Source of the DNA: Trichodelitschia bisporula
Taxonomy: Eukaryota
Assembly: GCA_010356995.1 (NCBI GenBank)
Contig: ML996688.1
Location: forward strand, 1,462,579-1,526,578
Reading direction: 5' to 3'
Length of the DNA stretch: 64,000 bases
The position numbers and the translations under genes are program-made. The first letter of the stretch is position 1. Every line of letters begins with the position of its first letter. Positions 48,407 to 60,247 of this stretch are shown here, piece after piece. Under the pieces are notes generated by a model. That model was not told the origin of the DNA, did not search any database, and was given only the letters and a program-made list of their open reading frames with translations.

Positions 48407-51320
48407 ATGGAAAGCGCCGCAGGTACGACAGAACAGCAGCAGCATCAGCATCAGCATCAGCTCCATGTCAGCTCACTCCACGAAGGGGGACCGCCTGCGC
48501 GAAAGCTTCAAAAGGTGTCGCACCAAGGCACCGGCGCCGGTGCAGACGACGACGACTACTCAAACTCGGTGTTGAGGAAGCTCAACGCTTCATCGCGAAC
48601 AGGTCAGGCATGCGACCGTTGCAAGGTAAGTCGTCGCCAATCTTTCTTCTCTCCCCACGAATTGTCATGGTGCGAAGTCAACTTTAAGCTACGCCCCGCA
48701 CCTTTTCTGTCCTTCAATTCATCCTCTTTTCGTCCGGATCAGCCCGTCGGGATGGACTTATCGGGATGGCCGTACCAATTGCGTCCGCCCATCTCGCCCC
48801 GTCCCCCTTCCCCCCCTCTCTGATCCAACCGCACCCGCTCCCTTGGTGCCGCGCCGCATAAGCAGACGCTAAAAGGCTAACCCGTCGTGATTTCTAGGTC
48901 CGTAAGATACGATGCGACTCCACTGCTGGCGGCTGCAGCCCGTGCCGCCAGGCGCAGGCCACTTGCAAGACAACGGACCGAATCACTGGTCGCGCCACGA
49001 TTCGCGGCCACACTGACAAGTTGGAGGCGGAAAACCTCATCTTGCGCGCCAAAGTCAATGAGCAGCACCGCAAGCTGCTGGACGCTGGTATCCCGGTCGA
49101 TGACCTTCAAATACACGCTCACAACACCCCCTTTGCTTCCACGTCACCCGTCGGCAGCGTCTCCGGTCGCGTCAGCGCCTGGGATGCTCCACCGCCGCCG
49201 AATGGAAACCACTCGCCCTTCGGGCCCGGGCCGGCTTCTGCCTCTGCATCGGCTCCCGCGCCTCGGACGCGCGGCTTCTTCGACCAATTCTCCAGTACCA
49301 ATGTCGCGGCGCAGCCAAATACCGGCCTCAGTATCTTCCGCGGCACGAAGATGTCGCTGTTCGGCTGGCAGTGCGACCTGACGGAGCTGGTGGACGAGGC
49401 CGAGGATCCCGACTCGCCGACGTCGTACGACGGCTTCATGAAGCACATCTTCCACCGGGTACCACCCACGGGACCGGCACCGCTGCCGCCGACATTAGAA
49501 GACGCCAAGCCGTACGCTAACTGGTACTTTAACTTCTTGAATGCGTATACGCCCGTCTTACATAAACCCGACATGTTTGCTCTCCTTGCCGAAGTCTACA
49601 CCGACCCGACGCCCGGTCCGCGGCAGGGCAGGACCGTGGCCCAGGAAGTCATGCTCCATATGATGTTTTGCCAAATCAAGTACCAGACCGGTCAGCGTAA
49701 CAGGCGTACAGCGGCAATGGACGAGGCCATGGCGCATTTCAAATACAGCCTAAAGTTCTGGTTCGAGTTGTGCCAGAGCCAGACCCTCCAGGACGTCCAA
49801 GCGCTGGCCATGATAACCGTTCAACTGCGCAACTTTCCAGCTCCAGGCGCGGCATGGTATGCAACGCAGAACGTGCTCTCGCTCGCCGTCGAGTTGGGCC
49901 TCCACCGGTCTGCAAACGCCTGGTCCGCCATTGACCGCCGCGAGATGAGCGAGCACGAGATCGAGATGCGCAAGCGTGTCTTCTGGATCTTGTACGGGCT
50001 CTCCGTGGGCATCAACGTGCGGCTAGGCCGACCAGCCCCGATGCGCGCCGACGACATCGATATCGAGTTCCCGCGCCCTGTCAACGATAATCTGCCTGAG
50101 GAGGAGGACCGCCTCAGCGAATTTGGCAAGTGTACCTTCCATGTCGGCATATCCGTGTGCCGTATCTTGGCGCTCTTCGGAGAGATGTACACGACGCTGT
50201 ACACGGTGCGCGGATTTTCCCCGCAGCAGTACGACGCGCACGTGGCGCGGCTCGAGGCCGACCTGCGGACATGGCGCAGCTTGATCCATCCCGAACTTGT
50301 TGACCCGGACCGCGCAAAGGGCGAGGCGCAGGTCTTCAGCCTGTTCCTGTCGTTCTTTGACCTCGAGTTCCAGTTCTTTCTGCGCCATCCCGTCATCTTC
50401 CCTCCTGCCAACCAGGTACAGTATCGCGCCAATCTCGTGACGACCCTCGGCGTCATCACCAAGATGCTGGGAGTCCTGAGCCGCATCCGTGACGTCAAGT
50501 GCCTCGACGTACCGTGGATCACGGTTATCGTATTCCTGGCTAGCATTTTTACGGCATTATTCGCGCAGGACCAGCGTAAGGATGAGATCACACAGCAGGA
50601 AGTGACGCAGCTCGGCGACGACATGGAGGTGTGGATCGGCATCCTGGGCGACGTGGCCGTCATCCATGGTAAGCCATTGCATCTCGTTCCTTTTTCGCAT
50701 CTAACCCCGCAGGCATGAGCAACCGCCTCCAAGGCCACATCGCCGAAATAGTGCACCACGTCATCTCCAACATCTCCAACGAAGTGCACGCCGCCGCCGC
50801 CGCCGCCGCCGCCAAATCCCTGCACCAACAACACGACGCCTACCCCCCCGAACACAAGCCCTACCTCCCGCCCCAGCCCTACCCTCCCCAACCCGCCTCC
50901 TACCCAGACTCCTACCCGCCCGACCCAACTTACCCCCCGGACACCTACCCATCCCAAGGCCTCTACCCCGTCCCCGCGGCCCAGGATCCGCAACTCCCGC
51001 AAAGCCACGTCCTGGCCCCGCAGCCCGCGCCGCAGATCTACGGGTATTACCCGCCGGCCGCCGTGGTGCCCGCGCAGCAGCAGCCGCCGCAACAACCGGC
51101 GGCGGAGTGGCTCCGCTGGGCGGGACCCAATTTGGCCGGGTTTCCCCAGGTGAGTAATGGGGCGCAGGCGGCGGGGAGTCCGCGTGGGGAGTTTCCGCGT
51201 GAGGCGAGGACGTTGGTGGAACTTAGGGGGGGTGGGCCGGCACCGCAGGAGGATGAGGCGAGTGCTTGGCCGAGCATTGTGTATATGCTTGGGCCAGGGG
51301 ATGGGGGGAGGGGGGCTTAG
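48407..51320 (+). CDS. Zn2Cys6 binuclear-cluster transcription factor with fungal-specific middle homology domain
   Basis: RTGQACDRCK|VRKIRCD...CSPC...CKTTDR across intron 48626-48897; ELGLHR and EMRKRVFW..LGRP; second intron 50669-50712. Confidence 0.88.
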
Positions 51321-52476
51321 GGGGTGAGGTGTGATGTGGGGTTTGAGTGGTATGCTGGGTTATAGGATGGGTGGGATGGCGCTTTTAGGGTCTACTAGGA
51401 CCTGGCATTGCTTCATCTGTGGGATTTCAAATCGGGAGGGTTGGTCATAGGTCTGTTTCTGTCAAAAGCGTTGCTTTGTTTCGTTTCTAGCATTGGGAGG
51501 CTGTCTGAACATCATTGCCCCCCCTTTGCCGGTTGGCGGGGCGGGTGTGGGAGATAGGTCTGTTGATGGAGATTTGCAGTGGATCTGTGCTTCCGCCGGC
51601 GAGGGGTTGAGTGAAGGCGTTTTTCTTGATATCCCACATCCTTCCAGACACATAATGGGGCGCGGATAGGGCCGCTGCTTCAAGGGTTGCGAGAAGGAGG
51701 AAATGAGTATATGAGAGCATACAAACACGTGACATACCTATCATGGCGATGATTGAAATGCAGCGGTGAAAAGTGAAAAAGTTACCAGCGTCATCGATTG
51801 AGCGAAGCCGATGTCTGAACTATCTCCAACCTCCAAATTGCTGCTTATTTTGATGCCCGTTACGCGCGATCCCTCGCTGACGTCCAAAGAGAGTGTGTAT
51901 GGCGTCGCGTGCGGTAAGGATCACCCCCGTAGGCCTCCGCGGTCGCGCATGGCGTTGCATAAAAAATGCCGTTGGTGCTTCAGCTCGGGCTCCTGCCTGC
52001 ATATCTTCAGCTTTGCGGTGAGCGGTTCATCCGCTTCACTCTTACCAACTCCACGCAAACGTGAGGCCGCACCGTCCCATCAGCCCCCAACTCCAACACG
52101 GCCTCAACCTTATGCTTGTCAGCACCAATTGCGGCTCGGATACTCGCCATGTGCGCGTGGCGATAAGATTCACCGAGTATGACGCCAGTTGGTGTAAGGG
52201 GATGGAGCAGCTAGGACCGGACCGTGCTTGCGGCGGCGGGTCCGCGTGCGGGGCGTTTACTCACCGTTTCTTTGTCTGCTAACGGATGTACTTTTGTCTA
52301 TCATTGTAATTTACGGAATGTAAACCCTCATCCTTCCCGTTCCCCTAACCCTTTCTCTCTTTGTTCATCCTATCCTCGATCCTGGGCCCAAACCCTTGGG
52401 CTTCAATTGACCCTCGCTTCAATTCCCCTCGCTGTGCTGCAATCCTTACGGAGGCCTAGTGCTCCTACCCGGCACA

Positions 52477-53226
52477 ATGCCCCACGAAGAACTCCCCTTC
52501 TGGAACGTCAACGTCCCGCGCCCCCTCCGCGTCCCCATCTGCCCGGACTGGCTCGCGAACGTGAGCGACAAGGATCGGGATATCATCGGGACATGGGACG
52601 CGGACTATGAGGACATGACCTGGGACGAAGTGCGCGGGATCATAAGTACTATCCCCCGTCCCTTATCCCAGAGCGAACACCGGAGCTAATGCTTTCCGCC
52701 AGGCGAGAACCGCATCGACCTCTTCCGCCGGCGTCCCTCGGACCTGCGCCGCTACCGCCACTTTATACATCTACTGAATAAGCATCATGGCTCGGTAATG
52801 GCCTTCATCCTCTCGCGGCGGCTCGGGTGGTCGGACCTCACCCCCGCGTGTAGCGTGCCCTTCACCGATCCCACCGATGTTAAAATCCTGTATAACGACT
52901 GGCCGTACGGTGTGGATGCGCGGATCGTGCATCTAGTCGTATGGACTAAGTTCGCGCTGGCGGAGACCGAGGACGGGGATTTAACGCCCCAGGCACGGGA
53001 AGCGGTGGAGGCGTACGTGGAGAGGGCGTTTGTAGAGAGGGTAGGGAGGGATCGCGTGGCTTGGTTTAAGAATTGGAGGAGTTTGAAGAGTGTGCATGCG
53101 GTAGAGCATTTTCATGTTATGCTGTACGAGCCGGAGGAGGCGTTTGTGAGGAGTGTTACGGGGGGGGATGTGCCGTTGTGTAAGAGGGTTGGGGAAGGGG
53201 AGGGTGTGCTTGAGCTGTTGCGATGA
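52477..53226 (+). CDS. DUF3605 family protein (GIG1/N-acetylglucosamine-induced protein-like)
   Basis: ILYNDWPYG, IVHLVVWTK, WFKNWRSLKSVHAVEHFHV. Intron near 52646-52702. Confidence 0.85.
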
Positions 53227-53319
53227 TTGTTGAGGGTATTTAGCGCGGTGTTCGGAGTGGTTCGTTCTCCTGGAGTGTGTAGATGGCTTACACTGGGTTT
53301 AGATACCGATCCTAGATGA

Positions 53320-53650
53320 TAGACAGGCGTCCTATTCTTATTCCTATTCAATTCATTCAACCACTCTTTAGAACTAGAGGCCGTCACGGCATCAGGTCTG
53401 AACCCCCCCCCCTCACTCCCTGGATCATCACCGGTCCAGGGGTGGAGCTCCTATCTTGTACTCGGTCACCACCGGGGCTCTTGCCTTAGGGCAGGAGCCT
53501 AGGAGTCGGGGACTTGAAGCTTCCCTCCCCTCCCTCTCCTCACATCTCCTCAATTGAAGAGTCTTCAAACTCCAAAACCGATGGTATGGCTTCATAACAG
53601 AGGCTAGACAGGCGTCCTATTCATATCCCTATCCATTTCAATCAACCACT
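53320..53650. repeat. 46-bp imperfect direct repeats (41/46 identical) flanking a 239-nt structured spacer
   Basis: tagacaggcgtcctattc...tcaaccact at 53320-53365 and 53605-53650. Confidence 0.85.
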
Positions 53651-53660
53651 GAGCCTCTCT

Positions 53661-54776
53661 CTACTCAACCTTATCCGCCCCAGCCCCCTCCGTTTCCCCC
53701 ACGCGGAAAACATACTTGACCGCACTCGCCTTCCCATCCTTCAAGTCCTTCAACGCCTTCTCCACCCCACCCAGTCCACCAGGCACAACCTCAAACGGAT
53801 GCCCCGTCAACCACCCCTTCTCCAACCCGCGAGTAAACAGCTGACTATACGCCAGCCCCGAAGCCACATCCACGGGCTTACTCGGCGGCCCCATCCCCAC
53901 ACCATCAGTCACGACCCCCACACTCGTCCGGCTCCACTTGATCCTGTCGGGAATCTGCCCGTCCTTCGGCGGCAGAACGAGCGTCAACCGCGCGCCGTCG
54001 GCTAGCACTCGGGATATAAGCTCAATGCTCCCCTGCTCGGAAATCGCATCCAGCGCGTGCAGGATCGGCTTCCCACCCGCCGCCTTCTTGATAGCGTCCA
54101 CCACCTTGTCCGCCCCTTCCCGATAATCAACCACGATATCCCCCTTGCTCTCGTCAATCAGTCCACGCGCCCACTCCGTTGCACGGCCGGCGACGGTATA
54201 AATCGGCCCGATACCCGCCCACTTCGCAATCTTGATGGCAAACGCGCCCACCGCCGTACTCGCCCCGTACACCACCAGCGGCCCCTTCTTCTCGTCCTCG
54301 ACATGCGCCCAGGGCATCGGAAGTGCGAGCTCGCCAAACAGTGCCACGGCGGCCGTGAGCGCGGCGAGCGGGATGGTGGCGCCCTCTTCGAACGACGTAC
54401 CCGGGGGCAGGGGGAAGGTTGTGGCCGCTGAGGCGAGGGCGTATTCGGCGAAGGAGCCTGCGGGCGTGACCATGGTGTGGAAGGCGGCGACGCGGGTGCC
54501 CTTCGGGAGGGGGGCGGTGATTGAAGGGTGGGCGGAGACGATGGTGCCGGCGATGTCGTCGCCGCTGTTGACCTCTGTCTTAGTCCAGTGTGGGACCTTC
54601 CTGGGCGGGGGGTTAGTGGGAGAGGATGATTGGGGGGAGGGAGGGGAAAGGTACCAGTCCTTGGGATTCGACCCGCTAACCACGACTTTGATCAGGTACT
54701 GCCCCTCGCCGGGAGTGGGCACGGGCGAGTCGACAATCTTGACCGAGAGGTCAGGGGAGACGATTGCTTCTTTCAT
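53661..54776 (-). CDS. MDR-family (GroES-like) enoyl reductase / quinone oxidoreductase-like protein
   Basis: IKVVVSGSNPKDW|K, NSGDDIAG, GSFAEYA, YGASTAVG, GKASAVKYV. In-frame intron 54601-54654. Confidence 0.87.
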   Translation of the reverse strand: MKEAIVSPDLSVKIVDSPVPTPGEGQYLIKVVVSGSNPKDWYLSPPSPQSSSPTNPPPRKVPHWTKTEVNSGDDIAGTIVSAHPSITAPLPKGTRVAAFHTMVTPAGSFAEYALASAATTFPLPPGTSFEEGATIPLAALTAAVALFGELALPMPWAHVEDEKKGPLVVYGASTAVGAFAIKIAKWAGIGPIYTVAGRATEWARGLIDESKGDIVVDYREGADKVVDAIKKAAGGKPILHALDAISEQGSIELISRVLADGARLTLVLPPKDGQIPDRIKWSRTSVGVVTDGVGMGPPSKPVDVASGLAYSQLFTRGLEKGWLTGHPFEVVPGGLGGVEKALKDLKDGKASAVKYVFRVGETEGAGADKVE

Positions 54777-55394
54777 ATTTGCGGTGGCGATAGGTGTCGT
54801 AGAGTGGAGTGGAAGTTGGATTGGAGCTATGATGTTGGACACCTGCCAGATAGCCCCTCATATATACACCCCGTCACCCACCTACCCCGCCAACCCATTG
54901 CCCCCGCCGTTCCCACCCCGCTACTGGTTAATGACAAAGCAAGGCGCGATCCGCGCGTTATGCCATCGGAAGCGCAGATCCGTCGCACCACCCGGACAAA
55001 AGATCCCGGGGGACAGGGCGCGGGTGAGCGGCCGAAAAACTCGTCGCCACCTTGCCTGTGCCTTTAGCGAACAGGCGTGGCAACGATTATTTCCGCGGCT
55101 GTTGGCCCGGCCGCTAGTAGATTGACGCGTAAATGAGGTTAGAGCTCCGTGGCAGTTGGCGATGGTGGCGGAGTTACGCCTAATTGCCGATGAATGACGC
55201 AACCAAGGTTAGCCTCGGCCTGGTTACTAGGGGCTGGGCGCAAGATTAACGATAAGGCTGAATGATAGCTGCATACAAGGCTGAGATAGTAACACCAATG
55301 CCACGCCCGCATTTAGCATCGTGGATATGGTTCATGCAAGTTACATTTAGGGATCAAATACCGATGCACCCAACGCCACGCGCCTTGCCCACCC

Positions 55395-55395
<1 letters not shown>

Positions 55396-55431
<36 letters not shown>
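55396..55431. repeat. Poly(C)36 homopolymer (poly-G on the kinesin mRNA strand)
   Basis: 36 consecutive C residues about 100 nt downstream of the kinesin-8 stop codon. Confidence 0.9.
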
Positions 55432-55528
55432 ATCGCATCTACCACAGGTAACATCGCACGCAACACCAGACACCAGAAATGCCCCTCAACGACACACACC
55501 CACTCGCTCAGCGCCATTAACCACAATC

Positions 55529-58500
55529 TCAGCGCCACCCCCTCCCCCCAGGTGCAGCGCTACTCATCCTCACCGGCGCCGCCCTCACCCCGGCCCCGTT
55601 GGCCGCACGCTCCACATCCCCCATCGTCCCCCGCCTAACCGCCTTAACCACCGGCGCACTCCGCGGACTCAACACAGAAGCTTTCCACTCCTCCCCCGAA
55701 CCAGCCGCTCTAACCATCCGTCTCGCTTGAGCCTGACTCAGTCCCTCCCCAGCCTGCGGCGGAGAGCCAAGGCTACTCGCCGTCGGCGACCGTCTCCGCT
55801 GAGACCGCATCGCGCTCCCGCTGCCACCGGCACTGCTAGGCCGCCTCTTCAGCGCCGAGCGTATAGCACCCGCGTCCGCGCGATCGAGCTGCGGCTTGCG
55901 GTCATCATCCGAAGACCCCGCTGCATCGGACAGCGGCGGCGTATCCCCCGCGGTAGACACATTGTGCAGGCCCGAGCGGTGGGGCGCTTTATTCAGCTCC
56001 ATCTCGCGGAGCGGGGAGTGCTCGCTGTCACTCGCGGAGGAGTAGCTAGGCTGGAAATACGGTGCCCCGGGACTGCCATCTGCTTTCTTCTGCAGGAAGC
56101 CCGTTTGGAAGCGGCTCGAGCGCGGGGCGGCCTTCATGTCTGCTGCGAGTTCGGGGGGTGTAGGGAGGGGAGACGACCCATCGTGGTGCACCTGCGGCAG
56201 GGGCGGAAGGCCGGGCAACGCGCCTGAGAAAATGGGCTGTGGGGGTGGGGGCATGTCGGCTTCGGGCGTGGGGGCGAAGGCCTGCGGCGTGGGCTGGAAT
56301 TCGGCGAGCGTCCCGTCCTCCGTGTCGTCGCGCCAGCGGACGCCGCGCTTTGGCACTTTGGAGGGGGATTTCTTCTTCGGCGTGAAGGAGACGCTGACGC
56401 CCTTCTTTACCGGCGCGACTTTCCGCCGCCGAGGCGAGTTTTTCATCGGGCTTGATCCCATGTGTGGAGGGGCTTCGAGGAGACTGGGGCGGAAGGGTTT
56501 GACGGGCGAGGGGCCGAGGAGGTTAACGGGTCCGCGGCGCTTGGGCGTGCCGGTGCGAGACGGCGCGAAGGCTTCGATTACGGGGAGACCACCGTCGGGT
56601 TTTATGACTTGCGAGGTAGCGTTAGCGCAGGCGGCCACGATGCGCCCGAGCATGTCGCGCGCGGCTTGGACAGCATCTTCCTCGCGCATGGTCAGGATTT
56701 GGCCGAGGATAGCGACGGTCTCGAAGTGCGTTTGTAGCAGGACTTGGATTGTAGCCGCGTCGCCGCCTTTTTCTTGCTCTAGCACCGCGGTGTAGGCTTC
56801 GCGGTCGGCGATGGAGCGCAGGAGCTCGGCTTCGCGGACGAGGCTTGAGATTTCAGTTTCTGATGTGCCTTCTGACTCTTTCAGCTGCCGGATGCCGGTC
56901 TGCAGTGCTGTGTCGAGCGCGCGCTCCCAGTTGTTCTTCGCTAGGCGCTGGTGGTAGTGTTGGCGGCTGGTTTCGAGCTCGGCTAGGATGCCCTGCGCTG
57001 TTTTTCGCATGGCGAGTAGATTCCGTGGCGGATCCTCTTCGTCGCGCGTTTCACAGACGGTGTCGAAGCCTGCGACCCATGCCGAAATCATCGAGATGCG
57101 GCGCTCGATCTGACGCAGCTTTTTCATCATGTTCAAACGCTCATTGCGCTCGGCCGTTGAGTTCTCATACGCTGTGCGGATGCGCATGATGCCCTCGCGT
57201 GTGATGACCTCGCGCTTCTCCGTCTGCTTGCGGAACTTGGCGAAAGCCACGGCCTCGTAGTCCTTCTGCTGTGCCTTGAGCTCATTGATCAATGCCATCT
57301 GCTCATCAATTTTCTTGAGGAAGTCCTTGACGTGGCGATTGACATTGTACACGTTGCGCGTAACCTTAGTCTGGATGTTCTTTGCGCGGTTCGCATAGCG
57401 CAGCGTGTTCTGCGTTTCGTCAAAGTGTGCGCTGGACGGGCTGACGCAGACAATCATCACGGTCTTGCAGTTCCCACCGAGCGAGAACTTGAGCAAGCGC
57501 GTGAGTTTCGAGTTGCGGTACGGGACGTGGTTGCGCTTGCGGGGGTCGCAGAGAGCGTTGATGCAGCTGCCGAGCGCGAGGAGGGACTTGTTAATGTTGG
57601 CACCCTCGACGAGACGCTCGCCGCGGTTCTTGGTTGCACTGGCGCGCTCGCTGCCCGCCAGATCGATGATACTGAGGGTTGCCATGGTGTGCGGCTCGCT
57701 GATGTCGGCATTGCGGTCTTTCTGTGACACGTTGATCTGCAGCACGGCGTGGGATCGAGATGAAGTGGCGTTTGCTTCTGTTGGTGACATGGTGCGCAGC
57801 TCGTTACCGCGTACGATCATGTCCATGACCTCTTGTACCTACAGACGTCAGCAGTGGTATATAACCTTCGGGGAGTAACGCACGTTTCGCGGGTGGTGGC
57901 TCGACAGTCCAGGAACAGAGACAGTCTGGTTGGCATCCTCTCGTAACATGAGTCCCTGTTTGTGGCTCCCCGGTGTAAGCAGATCGCGGATGGTCTCATT
58001 GTAGATCTCCAGGTACGAAAGCGAGATTTCGACATGCTTTTCCTCTTGCACATCCTGGATCTTCTCGAAGAGTTCCTGCATGGTCATGAAGATGATGCCT
58101 GGTTGTTGTGCGGTACCCCTGTCCCTCGTCAGCTCTGTCAATTGTCCGCCGGCGCACCTACGTGATGGTATGCGTCTTGCCACAGCCCGTAGCACCGTAA
58201 GCAAAGACCGTAGCATTGTATCCATCTAGCACGCTGTCCAGTAGGCCGCGTGTCGTCGCCTCGTATACGTCCATCTGCGTCGTGTTCTCGTCAAACACCC
58301 GGTCAAAGGCAAAGGTCTGGTCCTTGATCCGCCTGCCCTGCGGCAAAACGGTCCTGGTGAAGCGGTTTACGGGGTTATCATCTGGCGGATCGAATACACT
58401 GTACATGTTAAGATAATCCTGGGAAGTTGCGGCAAAACATACAGGCACTTGTCATCGACGACCTTGATGACCGACCGCAGACCTTTTCCGCTGAGTTTCG

Positions 58501-58639
58501 GCGGAGCCCCCGCCAGAGATCCATCGCCGAGAAACAGAGGACCATCGTCGCACTTCGTGAGCTGCGCAGCCTCACGGATGGTGAAGGGGCGAACACGGAC
58601 GGCGACCGAGATGGACGACGCGCCGTCGGAGGCGGTCAT
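55529..58639 (-). CDS. KIP3: Kinesin-8 (Kip3/KipB/Klp5-6-like), 4 exons
   Basis: SISVAVRVRP, YGATGCGKT, SSRSHAVLQ, IDLAGSERASATKNRGERL, HVPYRNSKLTRLLKFSLGGNCKT. Introns 58399-58442, 58119-58161 and 57839-57883. Confidence 0.92.
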
Positions 58640-59266
58640 TTTGCGATTTAAACTAGACACTGTCGGGATTGCGGTACGTGAGGAGCCCAACCTTCTCTAA
58701 TGTTACTTGGCCGGAGGGTGTAATGCTTGGTGATGTTGTATTAATTAGTACTGTCAACGGGCAGCGAGCGACGGGAGTGAAGTGCGTTTGAGGTTCTCCC
58801 CAACTTGCTCTGTTTACTCACAGTTGTCCGTTTTGGGCTTAGCGCCTCGGCGCTGTTGTCCATGTCCCGGTCCGACGACCGCCGACCTTGAACATCAATC
58901 ATCTCACCCGAGATGCGACAACAACACCACATCCTACGTCATGACAACTACAACGAAATAGAAGGTTTGGCTTTTTTGAAGTGATGAAATGGCGACCGCT
59001 CGCCCAGAGGAGCGTTCATCCACTGAATGTACGGGGATAAACGTGGTCTGTGCTGTAGGGTATGAATATTGCTTCAAAACATCGAAAGCATCTCCTACTC
59101 TGACACACCGCACACCGCACACATCACTGTCATCACTGTCATCGCTGCCACTGCTTTCATCACAGACATCGCAGACATTAACAACTCCACAACATCCGAC
59201 ATCACGACCATCTCCTACTTCGAAACATCCCAAGCTTCCTTACATAAGTGGGTAACTATATATACA

Positions 59267-60041
59267 ATGAGTTCCGTATCCTTGACTCTATATCAAAGTG
59301 CATCCTCGAAGACATTGACTTGAGGCGGAAGCTAAAAATGCCAGACGTTGACAGAACCCAACCATGTTTATCATAACGTACAGGAATTGTCCGCTCGAAG
59401 TGGGTTCGAAGACATACTTCATCCCTCGCGAGAGGCTTGTCGATTCTTCGCGGTACTTCGCTCGCCTTGTCGAACTGGAGCCACACCTGCATTATCACAA
59501 CATCCAGATGGCCGACCCCAACCTCTTCGACCACATCTGCGAATGGCTCCACGGGAAAGAGATCGACTACAACCCGGAGGTCTACCGATACGGTTTCAAG
59601 GACATCTTCGAGCCGCTTATCGAGCTTTCGCGCCTGGCCGACCTTCTCGAGTTTCCCGAACTCAACAAGCACATCGAGTACCACATCTACCTCATCTTCG
59701 ACCATATGCGTAGGATGGTCTCTCCCGCCACGATCAACGCGCTCTTCTCGACCGGCGCGTCGCTTCGGAACTCCTGCGCGTTTGCCATCCAGTGGGCGGA
59801 GCTTGCCGGAGCGGATGACTTCGCCAAGCTTGAGCCGCAGTGTTTTGAGTTTCTGAGGAAGGTCTGCCAGCTTCAGGCTCTGAACCGCGATACCCAAGTG
59901 GCTCATATCCAGAAGGAAGCGGTCGATCTCGATGGACAGGTGGCTTGTGTGGGTGAACTGGCGGCTCGGCTGACTGAGCGGACGGCTTGTGTGGATGAGC
60001 AGTTGGCTCTGGTACACGGCCCGCGTCGCTTCTCGGCCTAA
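59267..60041 (+). CDS. BTB/POZ-like domain protein (divergent)
   Basis: ORF 59364..60041 contains VGSKTYFIPRERLVDSSRYFARL...DPNLFDHICEWLH...LSRLADLLEFPEL, a BTB-type pattern. A possible 9-nt first exon (MSS) at 59267 is followed by intron 59276-59354. Confidence 0.6.
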
Positions 60042-60247
60042 ACCTCGGAACATGTAACGCTTCGCCGGCACAGGACATGTCAACGCAGGATGAAGCTGGA
60101 AGGGCCTAGACAGTTTCTTGAGATGGCAAGGCAGCAGGAACGCTGGAAACGGAGAGTCTTGGATTAGTTATGCTTGGTGGATGCAGTAACACAGCTAATT
60201 CAATGAGACATGATCCGTTCAACTAACATACCATCGCCGTCATTCCC

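Noticed and set aside
49821..51095. 424-aa antisense ORF, and similar long antisense ORFs at 6367, 17502, 54232 and 59256
   Set aside because: These are shadow frames of codon-biased sense genes with no recognisable motifs.
55262..56227. 321-aa ORF with a poly-proline run
   Set aside because: The poly-Pro comes from the C36 homopolymer and the rest is antisense to kinesin-8.
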